33,667 bases of DNA from a virus (taxonomy: Duplodnaviria > Caudoviricetes): positions 1 to 33,667 of IMG/VR virus record IMGVR_UViG_3300027863_001116; one strand, written 5' to 3'. Every line of letters begins with the position of its first letter. Within the stretch, counting starts at the first letter, position 1. The translations under genes were made by a program, and so were the position numbers. Below, in pieces: positions 27,761 through 33,667 of the stretch. The notes beneath the pieces were generated by a model. The model did not search any database and had not been told where the DNA came from. It saw only the letters and a program-made list of their open reading frames with translations.

Positions 27761-28678
27761 ATGTTGGTATTTGATTTAATTAGAGGCGATTATTATTTAT
27801 TTAATGCAGGAATTAGCGGTACAACAGGAAATAGTGTTTATTATACTAATACAACACCAACGCCATTAACTATTGGTGGCATTTCTTCAGGTATGACATT
27901 TAATAATCGAACAATGCAACAAATGTGGGATGCATTGTTATATCCTGAATTATTTCCTACGTTAACAAATCCTTCAAGTACTTTTGTTTTGGCTCAAAAT
28001 GGATTACAAGAAATTAATAGCACATTACCTACATTGGATTTTACATCAACATTTAATAGAGGTTCAATAAATCCACCATATGGTACTTCTGGATATAGAA
28101 GTGGATTACCAAATACATATAATTATACTGGAAGTGGATTGTCTAATTTTTCATCCACATCACTTTTTGACACTAAAACAATAACTAATTATGTTGTTTT
28201 AGAAGGTGTTCAATCATGGACTGGTAGCGTAAGTTATGATGCTGGCGAACAACCCAAAAGTAGTAAAGGTAATAATTATAGTTATCCATTACCGGCAGGA
28301 CAAACTAATACAATAACAGTAAGTATTATTGGTGTTTATCCGTTTTTTGGAACAAGTAGTAATATTACAACGAGAACAAAACAGGCATTAGCATTACATA
28401 ACGCCATATATTGGCAAATTAATATGGTTGCTGAAAGTGGTGTTTATAAACAAACAGCTTGGTTTCCAGATGCGTTTATTCCAATTACTGGCATTCAATT
28501 TTATAATACTATTTCTGGTATTTGGGAATGGATTGGTGGTAGTAAAGTAAATAGTTTAACAATGTTTACTATTACGACGACACAATTAAATATTAATGGT
28601 AATATGGTTAATTATAAGGTATATACACATAATGGGGCACTTATTGGTGCAAGACAATTAAGATTTTATACTAATTAA
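27761..28678 (+). CDS. Probable virion structural protein
   Basis: T/S/G-rich. Its TIGGISSG...LLYP module resembles the C-terminal third of the 23898 protein. Confidence 0.65.
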   Translation: MLVFDLIRGDYYLFNAGISGTTGNSVYYTNTTPTPLTIGGISSGMTFNNRTMQQMWDALLYPELFPTLTNPSSTFVLAQNGLQEINSTLPTLDFTSTFNRGSINPPYGTSGYRSGLPNTYNYTGSGLSNFSSTSLFDTKTITNYVVLEGVQSWTGSVSYDAGEQPKSSKGNNYSYPLPAGQTNTITVSIIGVYPFFGTSSNITTRTKQALALHNAIYWQINMVAESGVYKQTAWFPDAFIPITGIQFYNTISGIWEWIGGSKVNSLTMFTITTTQLNINGNMVNYKVYTHNGALIGARQLRFYTN

Positions 28679-28688
28679 ATTAAATAAT

Positions 28689-30143
28689 ATGGGAAGAATA
28701 ATAGGTAATGCAATATTTTCAGCAAATTTTGAACCAAAAATTGGTGCTCCGCTTGATTCAAGATTTGTTGTTGATTATTATTCTGATTTAACAAACACAG
28801 CAACTTGGGATAAGGGTGATGGAAATGCTTATGTGTATAAAGGAATGATTGTTAGTGTTGTTAATGATGCAAATAATAATGGTTTATATATATTAAATGA
28901 TATTGATTATACAAATTCAAATAATTGGAAAAAGATTAATGTTAATTATAACGAACAAAAATTAAGTTTTGGTAACATTAATATAATTGATACAAGATAT
29001 CCTGTTACATTATCAAGTAGTATTGATTCACAATTTGGAAAAAGATATTTTCCACAATTACAAGAACATTTTGATGATTATAATAAATTTTTATTTAACA
29101 TTTATTGTGAAAATGGTGATGTTTTTTTAGAAAAACAATTTGTTAGTAAAAATGATTTGGTTGATTTTTTAAATAATAATCTTGAAAGAAATAATAATGG
29201 TAATGAAGTTGTTCCATATATTATTGAATGCTATGCTAAAATAAATAGTTCAGTTGGAAATATAAATAAAATATATGGGATGAATTTATTTTATTCCGTT
29301 TTAAAGGGTAGAAATTCTTATAAAAAAAGAATATTAACATTATATGATGGTGCATATTCAACTGGAAATAAAATTGATAATTTTAAACATGATTTAGTGA
29401 AAAAATTGTGGGACTATTTTACATTTGATGGTTTTTTACAGGAATATAATTACGATGCTGCAGCTAAATCTATTTGGTTTCCACAAACATATAGTAATAT
29501 ATATAATCCATTATATAGTGGTAATAGTATTACGTTTAATTCAAGTATTGTTGGTAATAGACATGTTTTTAACTGGGGTGATTCGACATTTCATTTGCAT
29601 GATGGCTATAGATTAAAGGTGACATCATCTGTTGTTATAGGAATGCCAATAGATCAAAATACATTTAGTTTGTTTCGAGATATTTTTTTTGATGGAATGT
29701 ATTCGTATAATTATAGTTATTGCAGAGTGTATAAGTTAGAGGGACGAGATCATAATTCAGATAATATAACAGCATTATTTTTAAAACCTATTGGTCAGGA
29801 TACTTTTAGATTAAATTATATACCAAATATTTCAGAAAAAGATTTATATGCTTATTATTATGAAGGGGATAATGATCATCAGCCAGTTGTAAAAAGATTA
29901 AATGCCACTAAAAGCAATCTAATCATTAGCGACATTTCATTTTTGGTAAAAAAAACTGATTGGAATGTTAGACCGAATATTGGAAATGTATCCACGATTA
30001 ATCATATTGGTAAAAATAAAATAAAAAAAATTAGATTTTTTATTGGAGATGGTAATGGAAACATTTCACCTTTAAGTCCAGAAATAACGCCATATACTAA
30101 TAGAAAAGTAAATAAATTGACAACATTAATAAGTAAAATATAA
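28689..30143 (+). CDS. Probable virion protein (conserved-looking N-terminus, divergent C-terminus)
   Basis: N-terminal ANFEPKIGAPLDSR...YKGMIVSV module. Confidence 0.6.
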   Translation: MGRIIGNAIFSANFEPKIGAPLDSRFVVDYYSDLTNTATWDKGDGNAYVYKGMIVSVVNDANNNGLYILNDIDYTNSNNWKKINVNYNEQKLSFGNINIIDTRYPVTLSSSIDSQFGKRYFPQLQEHFDDYNKFLFNIYCENGDVFLEKQFVSKNDLVDFLNNNLERNNNGNEVVPYIIECYAKINSSVGNINKIYGMNLFYSVLKGRNSYKKRILTLYDGAYSTGNKIDNFKHDLVKKLWDYFTFDGFLQEYNYDAAAKSIWFPQTYSNIYNPLYSGNSITFNSSIVGNRHVFNWGDSTFHLHDGYRLKVTSSVVIGMPIDQNTFSLFRDIFFDGMYSYNYSYCRVYKLEGRDHNSDNITALFLKPIGQDTFRLNYIPNISEKDLYAYYYEGDNDHQPVVKRLNATKSNLIISDISFLVKKTDWNVRPNIGNVSTINHIGKNKIKKIRFFIGDGNGNISPLSPEITPYTNRKVNKLTTLISKI

Positions 30144-30153
30144 AAAATATTTA

Positions 30154-30237
30154 AGCATTCTTAATATAAGAAATGCTATTTTACACCAAATAAATATAAT
30201 ATTGGTGATACAAAACCAATCCAATATAAGATTGGTT
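30154..30237 (+). other. Three stem-loops with AATATAA at the apex, 30-nt period
   Basis: AATATAA at 30163, 30193 and 30223; stems AGCATT/AATGCT, CACCAA/TTGGTG and AACCAATC/GATTGGTT. Confidence 0.55.
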
Positions 30238-30240
30238 ATT

Positions 30241-30270
30241 ATGGGATGTGAAAACATCCCATTTTTTTTT
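30241..30270 (+). terminator. Intrinsic terminator
   Basis: ATGGGATGT-GAAA-ACATCCCAT followed by a T tract. Confidence 0.85.
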
Positions 30271-30305
30271 ATTTTTTTTATAGTATTTATTAGAAAACAT
30301 AATAA

Positions 30306-31361
30306 ATGTCAACATTTACAGTAGATTTAATAACGGGCAATATATATTTATTTAATAACGATTTTAGTAGTGGCAGTACACCCACTTCAGGTATGACATA
30401 TCCTGAAGTTAGTGTATATTCTGAATTACCATTGCCAAGTTTAGTATCAGGTAAAATATATGTTGTAAGACAAGGAAGTGATTCGTATGCTTTAAATAGA
30501 AAACCAGCAGGTTTTTATTTTTCAACTGGAACTGCTTGGAAATATTTAGGTGAAGCACCAGCAGATTTATTGAGAAGCGATCATTTTCAAATTTTAGATA
30601 ACATAGATAGCACAAAAGGCGCAATGTTTATCACATCTGGTATAACCAGTGGTATATTTAGAACATTAACAATTCAAGATTCAGATGGTACTATAGCATA
30701 TTTAACTGATTTGGCAACAAAAGTAGATTTATCAGTATTTGCTGATTATACAGGAAATACGGCACCAAATCAATTTGTTTCTAAAATATCATTTAATAGT
30801 TTTACTGGTACAACCGCACCTGCAATATATTTGACTAAATCAGCATTTAACACATATAGCGGTACTACAGTACCAGCCACATATTTGGCAAAAACAGTAT
30901 TTAATAATTATTCGGCATCCACAATAACAAATCAAATACAATTAACGCATACTGGTGGTACAAATATTAACACAATTACACCAACAACAATTATTTGGCA
31001 TAACGCTGAATATTCGGGTAATTCATTTACGTGGAATGGTGGCACTAAAATAAAAATTAATAAAACCGCAGATTATGAAGTCTCATATCATATTCCTTAT
31101 TATCATACTGGTACAAATAATATAAGAGGTGTTGGCGCTAATTTAATGCTAAATGGAACAACGTCACTTACTAATACTGCAAGTGCTGCCACAACAGCAA
31201 GAGCAGGCGTTGTGGGGAATTTAGTTTTATCAAATATCGTATTATCTTTAAATAAAGATGATATTCTTAATTTAATTGTATTTAGAACAGGTTTAGATGG
31301 TACATTAAATACTTTAGCAAATGGTGCTATATTAATTAAAGAGAAAAATAAATTACAATAG
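30306..31361 (+). CDS. Probable fibre protein with 18-aa repeats and a C-terminal beta-sandwich (C1q/BclA-like) head
   Basis: RTLTIQDSDGTIAYLTDL, repeats at 30747-30908, IKINKTADYEVSY...LNKDDILNL. GTATTTAT at 30283-30290. Confidence 0.6.
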   Translation: MSTFTVDLITGNIYLFNNDFSSGSTPTSGMTYPEVSVYSELPLPSLVSGKIYVVRQGSDSYALNRKPAGFYFSTGTAWKYLGEAPADLLRSDHFQILDNIDSTKGAMFITSGITSGIFRTLTIQDSDGTIAYLTDLATKVDLSVFADYTGNTAPNQFVSKISFNSFTGTTAPAIYLTKSAFNTYSGTTVPATYLAKTVFNNYSASTITNQIQLTHTGGTNINTITPTTIIWHNAEYSGNSFTWNGGTKIKINKTADYEVSYHIPYYHTGTNNIRGVGANLMLNGTTSLTNTASAATTARAGVVGNLVLSNIVLSLNKDDILNLIVFRTGLDGTLNTLANGAILIKEKNKLQ

Positions 31362-31363
31362 TA

Positions 31364-33667
31364 ATGGCAGCTAAATATTATTTATATAATACTAATTTTG
31401 GAAATACAATAGTGGATAGGAGTAATATAAGTTTTTCTCCACTTCCACCTTATGATGAAATTTATATTGATTATTTTATTCCTGAAATACAACCACTTTA
31501 TCTTTATAGAGAAAGTGGTGGTATTATCATTGAGAATACACAGGAAAATATTAATGATTATTTAAATAGCATTGCACCACCCCCAACTCCAGAAGATAAT
31601 GTTACATACGGCGAATTTACTGGTAGAACAGATGATTTACAAACACAAATTACCAATATTAATATTGAAATTGGTACTTTAGCAACATATAGTCAACTTA
31701 CTGGTGCAACAAGTTGTTTACAAAATCAAATTAATATTTTAAGCGGTGAAACATTTACAGGTGTTACTCTACAAGAAGTAACTGAAGTTGGCGGAATAAC
31801 AAATATTGAAACAACATTTAATGGCGGTTTAGTGACTGGTAAAATCAGACCAACAGGCGATACTGTTAATGCAATACAATTTAGAAAAGCAAATGGCATA
31901 ACACCAGTTATTAATATTGATACTGTAAGTGGTTTAACCGGTTTTGGTATTATTACTCCAACAGCAGTAATTCATTTAAAATCTGGTACAACAATAAATG
32001 CGCCGTTAAAATTCACAAATGGCGATTTGCTTAGTATACCACAAATTGGTGCTGTAGAATTTTCAGGTGATAAATTTTATGGCACAATAAGTGGTAATAC
32101 AAGAAAAACATTTGCATTTTTGGAAAGCCCTATTTTTACGGGTGCACCTGAATTACCTGTAAATACTACATTGTCAGGTGTAAATCTTTATAATTTTATT
32201 TGGTATAGCGGTGGCACTGAAAATATATGTAAAGTTAATACAAATACTTTTAATTCGTATACAGCAAGTACTGCATCATATCATGAAAAGGTTGTGACTG
32301 GAGCAACAAATGGTTTAAGTAAAGCAGATTGCCATCGAGTTAAATTGGGCGGAAATCTTACTGAAAATACAATTATTTCAGGAGAATATGATTTCTGTTT
32401 AAGTGGAAAAAGAATTGATATTGCAACTTCTGCGGGTGGACAAATATATGATAAAAATGGTTGTGGTATTGAGTTATATAGTAGTGGGGGTACTGTTACG
32501 ATAAAAGGTATGACAAGTGCTGGTACTGAATCAATGCGTTTACAGATAAGCAATACTCAAATAACATTCACTGATTATAGAGTAACACCAAGAGGTATTG
32601 AATATGCTGGTAATTATTCGTCAACATATACAAATCGTTCTTTGGTTGATAAAGAGTACGTGGATTCGATAGCAAGCAGTATTATCCCCAAAACAGCAGT
32701 TGATGTTGCAACAACTGAAAATATTGTACTCTCTGGTTTAACAACAATTGATGGTGTTAGTTTAACTAATGGCATGAGAGTATTAGTTAAAAATCAGACA
32801 AGTGGTCAAACTAATGGTGTTTATATTGCAACTGGTGGTACTTGGCAAAGAAGTTCTGATTTTAATGAAAATAATGAGGTTGTGCATGGTTCATACTTTT
32901 TTGTTCTATCAGGCAATACGAATAAAAATACTTCATGGATACTTCAAACACCCAATCCGATTGAAGTGGGTGTTACATCATTGGCATTCCAAATATTTAG
33001 TGCTCAACAAGGTGTAACACAAGGTAATGGTATTTGTATTCAAACAATAGGCGGTAATTATAATGTTTCAGTAAAATTAGCGAATAATTGCGGGTTATGT
33101 TCAGATGTATCGGGATTGTATATTAATTCTGCTATTGCAGGTACTGGTTTAAATTATACGGCAGGTGTTTTAAGTGTTTGTGGCTTATCACTTGCAGGAA
33201 ATAGTATTTGCTGGTCTGGTAATACATTTAATGTTGATGTTAATAGTGGTTCATTAAGTAATGCATTAAATTCAAAGCTTAATGTAAGTACATTTAATAG
33301 TTATACTGGAAATACAGCAGCATTAATTAATAATAAACTTGATACATCAATTTATCAGCAATATACAGGTACAACTGCACCAGCAACATATTTAGCAAAA
33401 TCAGCATTTAATACATATACTGGTACAACTGTACCAGCAACATATTTAGCAAAATCAGCATTTAATACATATACTGGTACAACTGCACCAGCAACATATT
33501 TAGCAAAATCAGCATTTAATACATATAGTGGTACAACTGTACCAGCAACATATTTAGCAAAATCAGCATTTAATACATATAGTGGTACAACTGTACCAGC
33601 AACATATTTAGCAAAATCAGCATTTAATACATATAGTGGTACAACTGTACCAGCAACATATTTAGCA
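31364..33667 (+). CDS. Long tail-fibre-like protein (partial, runs off window; not in ORF track)
   Basis: ATG 31364 MAAKYYLYNTNFGN...; contains VATTENIVLSGLTTIDGV...RVLVKNQTSGQTNGVY, a phage fibre motif; in frame with the terminal repeat. Not every codon was checked. Confidence 0.8.
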   Translation, partial: MAAKYYLYNTNFGNTIVDRSNISFSPLPPYDEIYIDYFIPEIQPLYLYRESGGIIIENTQENINDYLNSIAPPPTPEDNVTYGEFTGRTDDLQTQITNINIEIGTLATYSQLTGATSCLQNQINILSGETFTGVTLQEVTEVGGITNIETTFNGGLVTGKIRPTGDTVNAIQFRKANGITPVINIDTVSGLTGFGIITPTAVIHLKSGTTINAPLKFTNGDLLSIPQIGAVEFSGDKFYGTISGNTRKTFAFLESPIFTGAPELPVNTTLSGVNLYNFIWYSGGTENICKVNTNTFNSYTASTASYHEKVVTGATNGLSKADCHRVKLGGNLTENTIISGEYDFCLSGKRIDIATSAGGQIYDKNGCGIELYSSGGTVTIKGMTSAGTESMRLQISNTQITFTDYRVTPRGIEYAGNYSSTYTNRSLVDKEYVDSIASSIIPKTAVDVATTENIVLSGLTTIDGVSLTNGMRVLVKNQTSGQTNGVYIATGGTWQRSSDFNENNEVVHGSYFFVLSGNTNKNTSWILQTPNPIEVGVTSLAFQIFSAQQGVTQGNGICIQTIGGNYNVSVKLANNCGLCSDVSGLYINSAIAGTGLNYTAGVLSVCGLSLAGNSICWSGNTFNVDVNSGSLSNALNSKLNVSTFNSYTGNTAALINNKLDTSIYQQYTGTTAPATYLAKSAFNTYTGTTVPATYLAKSAFNTYTGTTAPATYLAKSAFNTYSGTTVPATYLAKSAFNTYSGTTVPATYLAKSAFNTYSGTTVPATYLA
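33362..33667 (+). repeat. 54-nt tandem repeat, at least 5.7 copies (Y[TS]GTT[AV]PATYLAKSAFNT)
   Basis: Units start at 33362, 33416, 33470, 33524, 33578 and 33632 and differ only in codons 2 and 6. Confidence 0.95.

Noticed and set aside
300-33017. Short ORFs nested in or antisense to long genes (e.g. 4809-5018, 14767-15120, 17167-17562, 25814-26176)
   Set aside because: Shadow frames of well-supported genes, with no motifs or start signals.
33362-33667. Possible CRISPR array
   Set aside because: Units are contiguous with no unique spacers, are a multiple of 3 nt, and are in frame in a coding gene.
1-33667. Stop-codon reassignment, as in some large phages
   Set aside because: Conserved genes are full length in the standard code, and TAA, TGA and TAG all end genes at sensible positions.
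30300-33667. Apparent shift toward C/A richness as an origin or terminus signal
   Set aside because: Explainable by Thr/Ala-rich fibre coding, and not quantifiable by eye.

Overview
AT-rich, gene-dense segment of a large dsDNA phage genome. It reads in the standard code, and every real gene but one is on the + strand. The host is inferred to be Bacteroidota from TTG-N20-TAnnTTTG promoters and A-rich translation starts with no Shine-Dalgarno. Order: glycosylation genes (FkbM-like 3' end, wecB remnant, GT2, HldE-type kinase); putative head/virion proteins; replication-recombination block (gp32-like SSB, RecA/UvsX, 5'-3' exonuclease, DnaB/gp41 helicase); papain-like protease; tRNA-Lys/tRNA-Tyr; a candidate ADP-ribosyltransferase; intein-containing class II RNR; tRNA-Thr; pyruvoyl arginine decarboxylase; GT9-like and GT2 genes; and about 11 kb of fibre-like structural genes. 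The top finding is a trp-style ribosome-dependent attenuator at 14415-14560, directly upstream of tRNA-Lys(UUU) and tRNA-Tyr(GUA). It has a 28-aa leader with a Tyr/Lys codon cluster and 1:2, 2:3 and 3:4 pairings, so it may sense tRNA depletion and switch on the matching tRNAs. Also notable are a recurring GTATTTAT motif inside hairpins that cover start regions, and three stem-loops sharing one loop heptamer at a 30-nt period. All product calls are by-eye motif recognition. No searches or folding computations were run.
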